A DNA stretch of 63,942 nucleotides, counting the filler, from Aduncisulcus paluster (Eukaryota): assembly GCA_024181965.1 (NCBI GenBank). It is 7 parts of 7 records of this genome, joined end to end, with 100 filler letters (N's around TTAATTAATTAA, not from the genome) between each part and the next. Parts side by side here need not be neighbours in the genome. Positions count along the whole stretch, not along the records: positions 16,259 to 24,152 come from BQXS01010887.1; positions 24,253 to 30,432 come from BQXS01010888.1; positions 30,533 to 42,737 come from BQXS01010889.1; 4 more parts are not named here. The stretch is one strand, 5' to 3'. The position numbers and the translations under genes are program-made. The notes under the pieces are model-generated. The model searched no databases and was not told the origin of the DNA. It saw only the letters and a program-made list of their open reading frames with translations. Of the stretch, positions 22,303 to 36,000 are shown in pieces. The stretch's first letter is position 1. Every line of letters starts with the position of its first letter.

Positions 22303-24152
22303 TCAATGTGTCTTATCTCCTTGCTCTTCTTCCTCTTCTTCTTCCTCTTCTTCTTCCTCTTCTTCTTCCTCTTCCCCTTTTTCTTCTGAATCTTCTTTCT
22401 CTGTCATTCCTTCACTTTCTGTCCTTTTCTCCTTCTTTTCTTCCTTTTCTTTCTTTTCATCCTTTTCTTCCTTGGATTTTGGCTTAGTTTCTGTCTCTTT
22501 TCCCTTGAATTCTGGGGGTTCAACATGTTTCTGTTCACACTGTCTGAGAAAATCACTCACATCCTCTTCGCTGATTTCTATACATTCTCCGTCATCGGTG
22601 TTGAATAAGGGAAGGCGTTGTCCTCGGCTGGCACCGGCAGTGGCCACATATGAACGAATATCCCCCAATGACATCCCTGAGGGAACATCTTTAGGGTTGA
22701 GTATGAACGTTGGAGGGGTCTGGGTAGCAACACATCGAGAACGACGACGTCCTAATTCGGGGCCGAAAGGAGTAAGAATGGCTGGTGAACTGATTCTAAG
22801 ATCGGCAGCTAATGAGGAAGGAAACGCAAGATCATGGGCTCCACCATCAATATTCCCAATTCCGGCATTCTTATTGTTCCCACTAATAGATGAGAGATAT
22901 TCAGAAGGGGACATAATACGGGGTGATATCGATGATACTTTTGTACCGGACAACATTTGCGGAAAAGATACAGGATCGTCCACATTTACACGAGGAGGGG
23001 AAGCAAATGTTATTGGAGTGTATTTATGGGGTCTCTTAGCAGCTGTTGAGCCTGTGTGGCCAGTGTGAGTGTGAATACTGTGATATTGTGAGAAAGAAGA
23101 AGAGGAAGAGGATATCTCAGATACATGCGAATTGGCAGAGTATTTGAGTGAAGTATGGTGAGATTTCGGAGAAGAATATCCACCAACTTTCCTTGAGGAT
23201 CTCAAAGAATCCTCAATTTGGGCAATTTGAGCCGTCAATTCTTTTTCCAGTTGTTCTTCTCGAAGTTGGGCAGGTTCCACAAAGGATGGCTTCGTTGGTA
23301 ATGAAAGATAAGGTTTTCCTTCTTCTTGTTCTTCAAGATGTTCTCCTTGGAGGGGGGGGTTCAATACAGACATAGTACTTGGGATTCCTTTTGAATAATC
23401 CACCAATGAAGGATCTATAGCAACAGTCGAGAGACCATTCGAAGTAATTCCCGGTCTTTCCCTGTTGTCGGCATTACTTGATGATGCATCGGGAAGAGAC
23501 ATGAAGGGGAAATCATCCAGACCAACAAGATGGGGAGACGGCGAATATGCAATGTCCTCAATCGTCGGAGTATGCTTTGAAGATGTTGAAGAGGAAGAGG
23601 AAGAGGAAGCAATAACGGAATGCGTAATAGAACTGGATGGCTTGGATGTTGAGGATGATGACACGGGTGAGAGTCGTTTCGATTCAATAGATTCCGAGTG
23701 GAGAATGGCAGGATCATCACCATATGCAATCGAAGAAAGCGAGAGAACAGACTGAGGGGATTGATAACTACTGGCGTGGAGTGGGGAGGGCTTCTGTTTC
23801 ACGCTTGTGGTGGAAGATAGTAATGGGGGGGTTACCGCTGGAAGAGGAGCTTGACCATTTGAATTGAAGGGAAATTTATCAAGAGATTTACCTTTTTCAG
23901 ACGGCGGGAAAAATTGCGGAACACTCTCCACTTTGGGGGGAGGATAATGACTACGGAATGGAGTTGAGGATTCATTTGCTTGTTTCGATGGGAATAATTG
24001 AGGGAGTGAGGGAAGTTGAAATGAAGGTAATATTTGAGTTTGTATTGAAGATTTTTGAATTGAAGGTCCATGAGATGAAGAATCGAACTCAAATCCGTAA
24101 GGGAGTTTATAACGTCCTATATCTGGAGTTTCTTTGTCACTTTTCTTTGGTA
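22303..24152 (-). CDS. Hypothetical Ser/Pro-rich protein with acidic C-terminus (5' partial)
   Basis: Frame open from the contig edge through the 542-aa ORF; poly-Glu tail. Confidence 0.7.
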
Positions 24153-24252
24153 NNNNNNNNNNNNNNNNNNNNNNNNNNNNNNNNNNNNNNNNNNNNTTAA
24201 TTAATTAANNNNNNNNNNNNNNNNNNNNNNNNNNNNNNNNNNNNNNNNNNNN

Positions 24253-27200
24253 CTCTGAAGAAGAAGATATTATCTTGGATTCTTACTCCGATATTCATGA
24301 GAGTCGAGAAAATAACATTGAGATTATTAAAGTCAAACAAAGTCAACCGATATCATATTCCGAGGAATCTTTAGAAAAGCTACCAATCTCATCAGAACAA
24401 AACATGATAATTGGTGATCAGAAACCAACTATTGTCTCTTCAAGTACCACGTGTGAAGTTTTATGTTATGATATCAATGAATCTTCTTCTTCTTCTTATC
24501 ACACAAAACAATCAGAAGGAGCAAAGAAAGAAAAGGAAGCGGAAGAAGAGGAGGAAAAGAAAGAAGTTGAAACAAAGGAAACAGAAGAGGAAAATGATTT
24601 AACCCAATCTAATTCTGAAGAATCAAGCTCTGTAATATCATGCTCTTATTCCTCTTCTTCCTCTTATTCCTCTTCTTCCTCTCCCCTCAATCCTTCAACC
24701 ACTGATGATCATCCACTTGAGACATTCATTTCAAAAGATGCAGAGAGTTTTAGTTCATTTATTTCGAAATATCCATCATTCAAATCTTCATATTTTCCAA
24801 GTTTTCATCTTCTTGATATTGAACTTGATAAAAAATATCAAGATTACAAATTGGTAACCGCTCTTGAAGGCTGGAATGATTATTTTGCAGGCATTGGAAC
24901 ATTATCACAAGACGACAAGATAAAATATCAGTATCTTATTCAATATTCTAAAGAAATGGATCCAAAAATTGAATCAGAGTCCCTTGAATTTAAGCTCATG
25001 AAACCTGGAATCGATTGCCATGATGGAACCACCCAAGAAGCCGATGAAGACAATTGGATTTTAGTTCGAGATTATCCTAAAAAATTTCCCATTGTTTCTC
25101 ATTCTAATGATGGAATTGAGAATAATATAATTCCCACCCACATGATTGACCAAGAACATAATCGAATGATATCTAACTATTCCCCCTTCACACATATGAA
25201 AAGGCTGTTGGATTATTTGAAGTGGAGATTGAGTCCCATGGAAATTATAATGAAAGAAAAAGAGAAGGAAGGAGAAGGTTGTGAAAAAAGAGAGGCTGAA
25301 CACGAACATTTTATTTCACAATTGTACAAATCTTCTTTTTTTACACTGTGGTTTGAAGCATTTATTGAAGCACTGACATTATTATGTGTTGATTATTGTT
25401 CTTCAAGATCTCAGTCGCTCTGTCCCGAGCAAGATTGCTCTTGTGACACTTTTACTGCATATATAAAGACACACTGTATCAATCCCGATTGTTTCTCAGA
25501 GGAGATATTTTTAGTATCATTCTCCTCAACCGAAAATTTTTCTAAATTGATCAGCCTTGTATATGATTTTGCCCAAAATGTTATAAAACAAAACAAAGAA
25601 GAACTGAAAGAAGAGAAAAAGAGTACTAAAATTCACGATTATCTCATAAAAGATATGAATAAGGCCAAACTTGCTGAATCGAAGAAGAGAAGAAGTGACA
25701 AAAAAATAATGTCAACTCTTTGTAACAAATCAAGGTTTGGTCTTTACCTTTCCTCTTCTTCCTCTTCTTCTCAGACCAGTTCTAAAAATAGTTTAACAAC
25801 CATTTTAACAATTCCTCATAGTCATCTTGAAGAATCGAAACGTCGTTATTATAAAGATCATAAGACCAAAAAATCAAAGAATGATCCCCAGTTTTTATGC
25901 TTCCTTATATTTGCTTCATCTCTCGTTTCTCCTTCTTCCATGCATCAATCAAACCAAGACAAATTGAATTCAATCCCATGGGATTTTGAAAACGCATCAC
26001 AAATGATAGAATCTCCAAGTCATATTTCTCCCCAATTCTCTAAAGAGAAGCCAGAAGTTTCTCAGACTTCTCCTTTTACCTCTGAAATTTCATATTTCTT
26101 GCCGATTTCGGTGTCAAAAGACTATTTTATTGAAAGAAAGAAAGAAATTGCCGGAGAAAAAGAAGCTTTACGACAAGAAGAAGAAGAAGATAAAATTTTC
26201 AACATTTTTAGATCAAAATATCATCGAAGGAAACGACAAGCCAAACAAATACACGATATATTTACTCATGGTGAAGATTTTTCTATCCCTTATTTGATAG
26301 TCTTGATTCCTTTTGAAGATCTTCAAATTTCTGACATTATGGAAGCATCGGAGAAGAAGAAAAGACCCCGTTTGACTCAAAAATCTTTGATAAAAGCAAT
26401 GAATAAGTACAGATATTATGGTGAATTAACGTATAAACAAGCGATTTCTAATATTTCGCCTATCTCTGCACGCATGGTATTCTTGGAACTTTTTAATTCA
26501 CTTTGCACTTCTAAATCTAGTCAGGAAAGAGAAGAAGAAAGAAGAGAAGCAAGAAAAAGAGAAAAAGGAAGAGAAAAAGGAAGAAAAAGGAGAAAGAAAA
26601 TGAGAGAATCGGTTCAAGAAACGATTCCACCTCTTTTGAATCAATTGATAACAGTTTATTATTCTTCTTTCGAATGGCATGATCGAAGCGAACTTCAAAA
26701 CTCCCTCAACATATTCATTTCAAATGAATTGCAGAATGTTGATACTCATTTTGATTCTAATATAGGATTAATCTGGAGAAATTTACCATCTCCGCAACAA
26801 ATTTTATCGATTAAACAACATTATGGGATAAAATGCTGTTCATCTTTGCCAACCGATGAATCTACCGGTCAATCTGCCTGTCCTCATTTCTCTACTCTCC
26901 AATATTTTTGCTGTGAAGATTCAATGAGATATCTTGTTTCTAATCTTTGCTTGGCTTTGGATCGACTGTGGTGGTATGTTAAAATATACATGATGCATGT
27001 AATTGTTGATAAAGAAAAAGTGAGAGACAACGAAAGGTCTTCTTCTTTTCACAAAAAAATCAATTCGACAAAACTTGCGAGATCTAAATTATTATCAAAA
27101 GAGAATGAAGGATCGTTACCACACCAAGATCATTCCCTTCGATCCTCTATCTTCTATGATCATCATATCGAACTTCAAGCTGAAAAAAGCAAACATTTCC

Positions 27201-29815
27201 ATATGAAACCGGCTGATATTGGAAAACTAATCAAAGCAAACACTGCAAAAGTGTCTTCTAATTTGTGTCAATTTGACAAATCTCTTCTTTCATCCGAGTT
27301 CATCCTTACTTCTAATGCTGAAGAACGCATAAAGACTGTAATAACATCAATCGAGTGTGGAATTCCCTTATTGTTGGAAGGAGACACAGGAACAAGCAAA
27401 AGTTACAGTGTTGAGGCAGCAGCTCTTGTTCGAGGCCTCTGTTTATCCAGTGTTGATAGTGCTCGAGACCACGATAATGAGAGTTCATCCTCTTCCTCTT
27501 CCTTTCATTCCTCTTCTTCGGAAGCTTTGAACCATTTCTCATCCAAATCATCCAGACCAACTCAAATGAAACTGTTGAGGTTCAATCTTTCCTCCCAAAC
27601 AACAAAAGCTGATCTCATTGGTCGCGAAGAATGGTGTGGAGATGCACTTCAACCATACAGATTCAATAGGGGAGAGTATTTAAAAGCTTTTTCTGAAGGA
27701 CATTATATTTTACTCGATGAACTTAATTTGGCTCCAGATAGTGTTTTGCAATGCATTGAAGCTTCCTTGGATAGCCGTTCTTTGTGGGTCAAAGAGCTCG
27801 ATAAAACAAGAAAATACACAATGCATCCCAATTTTAGATTAATTGCTACTCAAAATCCTCCACGAGGAATGTTCAGTGGGAAAAGAAAGGATTTGAGCTC
27901 ACAATTCTTGTCACGATTTAAACGCGTTTCATTCAGTAATCTCACAATTCCTGAGTGTGAATCCATCGCCAGACGTTCCAATCCAAAATTAACTCAGACC
28001 CAATGTCACAGTTTAGCACAAATTCACACATTTTTGTGTTCAATTAATCTTGCTTCCATCCCTTGTATTTACACTCTTAGAGATATGATAGGGGTTGCCA
28101 AAGCTCGACAAGTGACTCTAGGTTTCACAACTGTTTCTTTCGAACAATTATTGGGTTTGTTTTACGTAAAAAGATATTCATTTGATGAATTAAAACAAAT
28201 ATTTCAGCACAAAATCATTCCAAAACCGATTCAAACATTCCTTAAATCACAAATTGATTCTCATGGTTCAAATACCGCACCAACCCATCCTCAAAATCCC
28301 AAAAATAGACTTTCAACCCCCATGTCTATATTATATCCAGTTGTTCAACATCCCGATTTGTCCAATCCAGTTGCTGAACAAGAAGAATCAAAGGAAGAAG
28401 AAGAATCCAAATCAAAAGAAAATAAGAGAAATTTGCAATGTTTGATCGATTATTTTGATTCCAAGAAAGATTTTGAAGGTCAAGTTGGTGGAAATATCTT
28501 CAATTTACATTCAGATGACACAAATCTGTTATGTGCCGCTTATTTTTCTCATTCTCATTCTAAAAATATCGACGATGCTGTTATTGGTGCCATGCTTGGA
28601 AGACATGTGTTGTTCATTGGCCATTCCCTCAGTGGGTTATCCTTTATTGCAAGAGAAGCAGCTCAAAATTATCTCCAAAAAACCTATGATTCTTCACCAT
28701 CTGTCTCTTCATTATCAACAAACCCTCCACCATGTCAGACAATCGAATTTACATCCGATACTGATATTTCTTCAATGTTAGGCCAGTCTTTACCCATAAC
28801 AAGGCAAAAGAAAGGCAAATCTGTGCAATCTGTTGAATGGGAAGATGGTCCTGTAGTCAAAGCTCTGAAAGATGGTTCTGTGTGCATTCTTGACAATGTT
28901 GACAAAGGAGATCAAACTATTACCGAGCGTTTGAACCCATTATTGGAGAAGAATATGAAAATGGAAACGGAGAGTCGAGTATTTGAGCTCTCCGAAGCTC
29001 CAGAAGGAAACAAACATGTTAGAATTTCCACTCCTTTCCGATTTTTTGGGACTGCATGCATCACTGATCGTGGCCTCAATCTTTCACCAGCTTTTCTAAA
29101 TAGATTCCTGGTTATTCGAGTCGATCCTTTGACGGAATTAGATCTTGAAAAATTCGCTGCTAGTGTTGGATTAATTTGGAACAAAATGTTGGTGAATTCT
29201 ATTTTAAGAACACCTTTGCTGAAAAATAATTCTATTTTGGAACAATCTTATGATAATGAAGAAGAAGAAGATGTTGATGATGAGGAATCTTCTTCTTCGG
29301 ATATTGCTAATTATGGAATGAAAGGTGAGAAAGAATATCCATCTGAGAAAGATCAGTGCGAGGAAAAGGAATATAGTTCTTCAGATTCATATGATGATGA
29401 ATATTCTTCAATTTCTCCATCTTATTCTTCAGAATCCGAAGAACCGATGTTCCAGTCTAAAATTGAACTTTCTCAAGATGAAGAGAGTAGTTCAAGTGCT
29501 AAAAGTGACGATTCCATCCGATCTTTTGGAATTAAGAGTGAATTGGAGGATGGTAATGAAAAGGAGAGAATTTTGAAGCTTCTAAATATTTCTACCCATC
29601 TTCAAACAGCTCTGGATGAAGAATTCTCAATGAAAATATATGAATTTTGTTCATTTATCTATGATCAATATAAGAAATGTTGCCATGGATTTGATATTGC
29701 CCAATTTGTGACATTAACTAGGACTTGTGTGGGATTCATTCTTCATGATCAAATTCGATCCCAATTTATCCAAGATTTTTCGACAATGGAAGAAATTGAA
29801 AATGTGTTGGTTTAA
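24253..29815 (+). CDS. Midasin/Rea1-like AAA+ ATPase, 5' partial and truncated by an LTR insertion at 29805
   Basis: AAA module PLLLEGDTGTSKS / RFNLSSQTTKADLIG / YILLDELNLA / HPNFRLIATQNP / LSSQFLSRF. A second degenerate module has WEDGPVVKAL..G..CILDNVD...ERLNPLLE...LSPAFLNRF. The last codons (VLV*) come from the LTR. Confidence 0.85.
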
Positions 29816-30432
29816 TAACCTTTATGATGATGGTGGAGCAAATTTACTAGTTTGAGAATAAAAGAATGCGCGAAGAAAGGTAAAATATAGTCTGTAAAGA
29901 AACACAAAAACTTTCAAATATGATCTTCGGTAATAGGATGGTAATAGACATTCTGATATCGAAGTAAATATATTAATTAAAATCGTATTATAAAATATAT
30001 ATTAAATATTCAATAATAATACTCCTTAAAGAAAATAATAAAAACGTCTGCTTTTGGCAACAGCCGTGTTATTCTAACACTGCCCCTCCTTTCAAAGGGA
30101 TTAACAATAAATAATGCGGATGTTCCAAAACGTTATTTCTTCTTCCTGCCTCTTTTCTTGGAAGGACGTTCCCCACTCTGAATCACCGCAGAAAAGATTT
30201 CGGGGTGTTGTAATAAGTAAATTTCAAATGGAATCAGCTCCAATACGTCTTTTAACGTGAGCCATTGTTCAGAGTCATCCATGTAATGGGCCAACACCTC
30301 CAGCTTCTTCCCGACGAATCGGTGGTCAGAAATCAGAGTAATGGGCCAGGCTACTGTGTCAGCAGACCTGCAGGCTTTTAAGTCGTCCAAAGTATGGCTT
30401 CCTAGAACGTGGAACATGTTGGAGTGTGGGAC
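29805..30432 (-). mobile_element. 3' end of a Ty3/Gypsy LTR retrotransposon: integrase tail, PPT and 3' LTR (29805-30079)
   Basis: On the - strand, purine tract GAAAGGAGGGGCAG (30093-30080) abuts TGTTAGAATAAC...AAACCAACA. The LTR matches the solo copy at 10889-11163. Confidence 0.88.
30133..30417 (-). CDS. Integrase C-terminus with degenerate chromodomain-like segment
   Basis: PITLISDHRFVGKKLEVLAHYMDDSEQWLTLKDV resembles the chromodomain pattern I..I.dHR....leyLV.W....tW. It lies just upstream of the PPT. Confidence 0.6.
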   Translation of the reverse strand: MFHVLGSHTLDDLKACRSADTVAWPITLISDHRFVGKKLEVLAHYMDDSEQWLTLKDVLELIPFEIYLLQHPEIFSAVIQSGERPSKKRGRKKK

Positions 30433-30532
30433 NNNNNNNNNNNNNNNNNNNNNNNNNNNNNNNNNNNNNNNNNNNNTTAATTAATTAANNNNNNNNNNNN
30501 NNNNNNNNNNNNNNNNNNNNNNNNNNNNNNNN

Positions 30533-31993
30533 GGCACTGATTGTTCATCCCTTTGTCCTGTTTCTGATGATCTTGGTTTGTGCAGTGGATCTTCTCGTGG
30601 AACATGTGATGCTGCCACCCATACATGTGTGTGTGAGTCTGGGTATTATGGCTCAGCATGTAACCTCTATTGTGATAGTTTGTCAAAATGTGGTATGCAT
30701 GGTCGATGTGCTGTCGGTGATCTATCTTCCTCTTCTGATATTTCTTCTGATATTTCTTTTGATACTTTTTCTGATACTTCTGAGACATTGTATTGTGAGT
30801 GTGATGCTGGATGGAATGGGTCAACATGTTTCACCCAATATCCTGTTGAGACTGTTGAATATGTGAATGATGATGATGAAACAAACCCGACTATCGTTGA
30901 TTATGTGTGTGGAATCAATTACTCCACAGATCCATCTTCATCATATTCAGACTATGGATTCTATTCACCAGACACTGACACATATTCGTGTGACTGTTCC
31001 TCCTATGGTCTCATTACTGATGCATCCACATCCACATGCATTGATCCTGCGACTCATCCTGAATACAAGGACATTGCTGGAAATGACACAGCTTGCTTGA
31101 CCTGTGGAACAACCACGCATAGTCATGGCACATGTGTGTTTGGTGAAGGAGAAGATAGTTTCACGGCCATGTGTCAATGTAAGTATGGATGGGGTAATGA
31201 TGTGGATGATTCTTCAGAACCTTCATCGTCTTGCTCTGTAGACATGTGTGGAGTGAGTAAGGATGCATACACCGCTAGCAATGCAGATCCATCCTCTCTC
31301 TGTTCATCGCATGGAATATGCTATTGGTACAATTATAATGATTCTACTTCTTCTTCTTCTATCCCCTATGGTTGTGCATGTGATGACGGATGGAATGGTA
31401 CAATGTGCGATGAAGAAGATAGCAATGCCTTGAAAATCGTTGTGTTTGTATGCATTATCACGTCGTGTATCTTCATTATCGTGGGTATTATTGGTGTGAC
31501 TCTATGGTTCCGATTGAAGAATAATGTGAATAATACAGATCATCAAGTTCAACCTAATCCTTCTCCAGGAATGATCTCTGAAGGTGACATAAATACCACT
31601 ATGACTGTTGTTCAGGTGCGAGAAAATCCTTTATTATTATCAGTGCATGAAGATGATCATATCCCCACAACTATTGTCAAGAGAAGACGAGTGAAGAAAT
31701 CCAAGAAATATGGGGGAAAGGGAGGTGAAAAGAAGAGAAATAGAAAGAAGAAGATCATAAAGGAGAAACCTGACGAATGGAGGAGTGGCAAAGGAGAAGG
31801 GATAGATATGGATGCTGAGAAAGAAAATCATCAGGTTAAAGAAATCGAGTTGAAGGAGAAAAAAAGAAAGAAAATCAAGAAGAAAATGACGAAGACCATT
31901 AAGAAAAGGAAATCCAAATCGGCTCGGATTCTTCAACCCCTCCATCTTGTTGATGCACAAGAAACAATTGGTCTTGACGACCTCGATGAGTGA
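30533..31993 (+). CDS. EGF/tenascin-like Cys-rich type I membrane protein (5' partial)
   Basis: Repeated CxCxxGWxGxxC (CVCESGYYGSAC, CECDAGWNGSTC, CACDDGWNGTMC), TM IVVFVCIITSCIFIIVGIIGVTLWF and a basic cytoplasmic tail. Confidence 0.85.
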   Translation, partial: GTDCSSLCPVSDDLGLCSGSSRGTCDAATHTCVCESGYYGSACNLYCDSLSKCGMHGRCAVGDLSSSSDISSDISFDTFSDTSETLYCECDAGWNGSTCFTQYPVETVEYVNDDDETNPTIVDYVCGINYSTDPSSSYSDYGFYSPDTDTYSCDCSSYGLITDASTSTCIDPATHPEYKDIAGNDTACLTCGTTTHSHGTCVFGEGEDSFTAMCQCKYGWGNDVDDSSEPSSSCSVDMCGVSKDAYTASNADPSSLCSSHGICYWYNYNDSTSSSSIPYGCACDDGWNGTMCDEEDSNALKIVVFVCIITSCIFIIVGIIGVTLWFRLKNNVNNTDHQVQPNPSPGMISEGDINTTMTVVQVRENPLLLSVHEDDHIPTTIVKRRRVKKSKKYGGKGGEKKRNRKKKIIKEKPDEWRSGKGEGIDMDAEKENHQVKEIELKEKKRKKIKKKMTKTIKKRKSKSARILQPLHLVDAQETIGLDDLDE

Positions 31994-33024
31994 TGACGGT
32001 ATTCTGTCCTTTTATTTGGACTCTTGATTCATTTTATCTTGTTTATTAATGTTTATTATATTAAAAACAAATATATTTCTATTATTATGTTTTATTATAT
32101 ATTATTATTATTATTATTCCGATTTTGCTTTTATTACATTGTTTTGTTCGAGTATTATTTATTGGTACCGAAAATTTCGTTTCTTTTATCCGTTTTGTGT
32201 TTTGTTTTTTGTTTTTATTGGCATTAAAGATTGAACCTTGTGAGGTCTTGTGGTATTGACTACAGTCTAATGAAGTGACTTGTCACATTCGAATTGTTTT
32301 CGTCTTTTTATTGTTGTTTTGCTTGTTTTTGTTTCAGCTTTTTTCCTTCGTATTGTTAAATTCTCATCTGTGAATACATCATTCTGTATTTGCCTCGAGT
32401 TTCGTATTTGTTATAACCACATTGTGTGTATAATCAGTTTTATTTCGTTTATTAAAAAATGATTTCGATCATGAAAGTATCGTTATCAATATTGTTTCTA
32501 TAGCTTTTGTCCCTTCTATCATTGTAATTCAATGCTGATCTGTTTGTTTTTCCTTCTGGTTTTCGTTCGTTTGGGATCAAAAGTTATTGGAAATAATAGA
32601 ATTTCGTTTGTTTATTGTGTGATACCTTTTTTATTGAAATATTTTTGGAGCAATTCGGTTTTTGACTCAAAAACTTTCATTTCTTCCATTTCTTGCATTT
32701 TGGTCTTGCTTATCATTTTCAAAATGACATTTTGTTTAAATTTGTTTATTCTAGTGAAGGAAATATCCATTCATTCTTTTTCTGCCAAGATACTATTTGA
32801 ATCTGTTCTACTTTAGTACATAGAATTCTGCTGACATTATGTCAGACATCGAAGTAAATATCTTATCCAAAAACATTGGGACAATGATTGGACGTTGTTG
32901 TGATGGACTATGATGCCACTGAGTCAGTGGCACTGACGATATGACCGTTGTCATGGGTCCATGGATGACAGAAATGAAAGAATAATGCTATTATTAGAAA
33001 TAATTCGTACTTTGCAAATTTTGA

Positions 33025-36000
33025 CTATAAAATCATTTGTTTACAATTCTCTTGGTATCTTGCATAATCAGATTCAAAGACTGAACTTATAGATTCCGAA
33101 CCTGTTCCTTTTATCCATTTGTAATACTCTGGTTCCAATGAAAGGGTTTCCAAATTTCCATTCTCTTTACACCATTCCATGCTGGAATCATATTTAGGAG
33201 ATATGTGAGGGACAATAGATGGAACAGTCGATAGCATTGAAATGAGTTTGGACCACAACGGAATTCCGGATCCCCTCTTTTCATGTTGGAGAGAGTCAAA
33301 CCATCCATCAATGAGATCTTGTATATTAGTAAATACAATCTCGGCATATTCGGGAATACAACAAAAATTGGCCAAACATAACAATCCGTAGCATTTCATC
33401 GATTCAGCCCCTCCAGCAACACCGATTTCCTTAACAATAGAAAGGATATGCTCAAACATATACCATGAATCCTGACAGAGAGCTCTATTGGGTGAATTCT
33501 CTTCACATGACCACAGTGAATAGCCAAAAACCATCAACCAACGTGAATATATCGTTTCAGAGTGGTATGATTCCAACCAATCTTTAATATATGGTTTAAT
33601 TATGGACATTAGAGAAGCCTTTGTCGATGATGACGGAGTATTGGAGATATTTTCTATAACAACAACGATGAACAGAGAAACAATCCGAGGCAATTGACTT
33701 ATCGTTCCCCTTTCAAGGAAATGGTCTAGATTCGAAGATATCAGTGGAAGGAAAGCATCCTTCAACGGAATGAGATCATAGTGAGGTTTAACGCAGTACA
33801 AAACGTGTGAATATGACACACAAATGGACCAATATGAATTGGAAACCAATCCTTCAATTTCTTTCTCGAATCTGAGGATATGAGGGAGGAAAACTGTAAT
33901 AATGTCGTGAAGATCCTCGAAAAGGAGATATACTGATTGTTTTGATTCACTAGCTGAATGAGTCATTAGTTCTTGCAGGGCTATGCAATTGATCTCGATC
34001 TCCAAGGAATTGTTTCTAATTTCACTTGAGGATTGGAATGTTTGGAGAGTGGAAAGAATAGAATCTCGATGTTCATGGTAGAGTTTTGAGCTTGACTCTG
34101 AATCACCACATTCGGTCACATCGGTCAAAAGTTTGTTCCATTTTGTATGATTTGAGGAAACATTACTGACATAGCGAATATAATACCTCGGAATCTCTCC
34201 AAAAGTATTGCACCATGCCATATATTTGTCATATTTGGGGGATATTTGAGAAACAATTGAATGGTCAGTCGAAAATAAGGAGACAAGATATGCCCAAGCA
34301 TACATTCCCCATCTGTATTCCTGGCTTTTGATGACAACAATCCATTCTTCGAGAAGATCTTCAAGGGCTTCAAATATTTCAGGAATATGGGATGGGATGG
34401 AACATAAATTGGCCATTATCTTCACAAGATCATCATGATCATCCTCAATAATCATTTCACCAGCACAAATTTCTCGCACAAGATCGACAAGAGGATGGAA
34501 AAGAGACCAAGCAGAGGAACACAGGGACTCACTTTCAGTTTTTCCGATGCCATCTTCCGTGGATGTGATGGATAGTAACATGGCCTGCCACTGTTGGATG
34601 TATGAATTACCAGGATAGAGCCGGATCCAATCCTTGAAATAGGGAGATATTAATGAGAGAATTGAAGCTCTGGAAGGATATGATACAACGAGAGCGATAT
34701 TCTTAAGTGTGATAAGAGAATACAATGGAATACTCCTTCCTAGACTTCGTTTGGCACCTCTCTCGAAGAAAAGCTTAAATGTGGAGACAATTTTGGGAAG
34801 GATAGCTTCCTTGTTCTCTTTTATAACGACTGTGTAATTTGCACAGATTGTACAGTAATTTTCATCAACCGACCCTTTTAATACTCGTGTGGCAGTAGAG
34901 AGATAGTCAATGAAAGTATCAATAAGGTCATTGAATTGGGGAATAGGCAAACAAACTTCAGTTCTTTGAATGGGACGAACTTTTACAAACAATTTTAATG
35001 CCTCAAAACATAACATAATCTCATTTTGATGGACTTGAATTTGAACATCGGATGAGTAATTCTTGAATATAGATAAAATCATCTCTCGATTATCGAGGTA
35101 AAGAGAAGTAAGACCTTTTGTATCGGTAGTTTTCTGAATATTTTTCACTAACAATCTCATTCGACTTACTCTATAAGAGTTGAAGTTCTTAATATACGTT
35201 GAAATATCTTCATTCGAGGCCCCATTATCCTTACACCACTCCATATGGGTGTCATATTTAGGAGATAAGAGAGGAACAAGAGATGGAACAGTGGATAGAA
35301 TAGAAATGAGTTGTGACCAGAATTTAATTCCTTCTTCGTGTTTTGTCTTCTTGATAGCTTCATACCAACCATCGAGAAGATCTCTTGTGCAGAAATACAC
35401 TTCAAAGGCATGTTTTGATCGATCACTGCATAAATTTGTGAAGAATTGAATGGTATATATATTATTATTAGCCAAAATACTTTCTCCAACACAATATTTC
35501 TGAACAAAATCAAGAACACTTGGGAATAAAGGCCATGATTCAATGCAATTATAAATGTGAGGGAAATTACCATCAGAAGACCACGTGAGAGTCCCAAGGA
35601 TGACAAACCACTGAGATATGAATTGACAGAAACGATATTTACGGAGCCAAGCCTTGAAATGTGGAATAATTAATTGAATGATCGATGATTTCGTGCCATT
35701 CGTTGAATATCTGGCGATATTTTTCAGCAATGATACCATTATCAAATGAAATCGATCAAATACCCTTTTCTTGCATCCATTAATGAGGATTTCAGAGATT
35801 ACTGTGGACACTTTGGACAATATATATTCGCTTTCCTTTGCTAGGATGACGTATTTCCAACAAAACTGGAAGAATGGTTCGTATACAAGATCTTTCAACA
35901 CTTCAACACAAGTCAACATATAATCTGTGAAAGTTCCCACAATATCATTCAAAGAAGGAATTGGGAGAGCAGCCGCACCGAGTTTAGGAACATTGTGCTT

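Noticed and set aside
32024-32816. Short hydrophobic ORFs
   Set aside because: T-rich intergenic sequence giving spurious F/L/I-rich ORFs.
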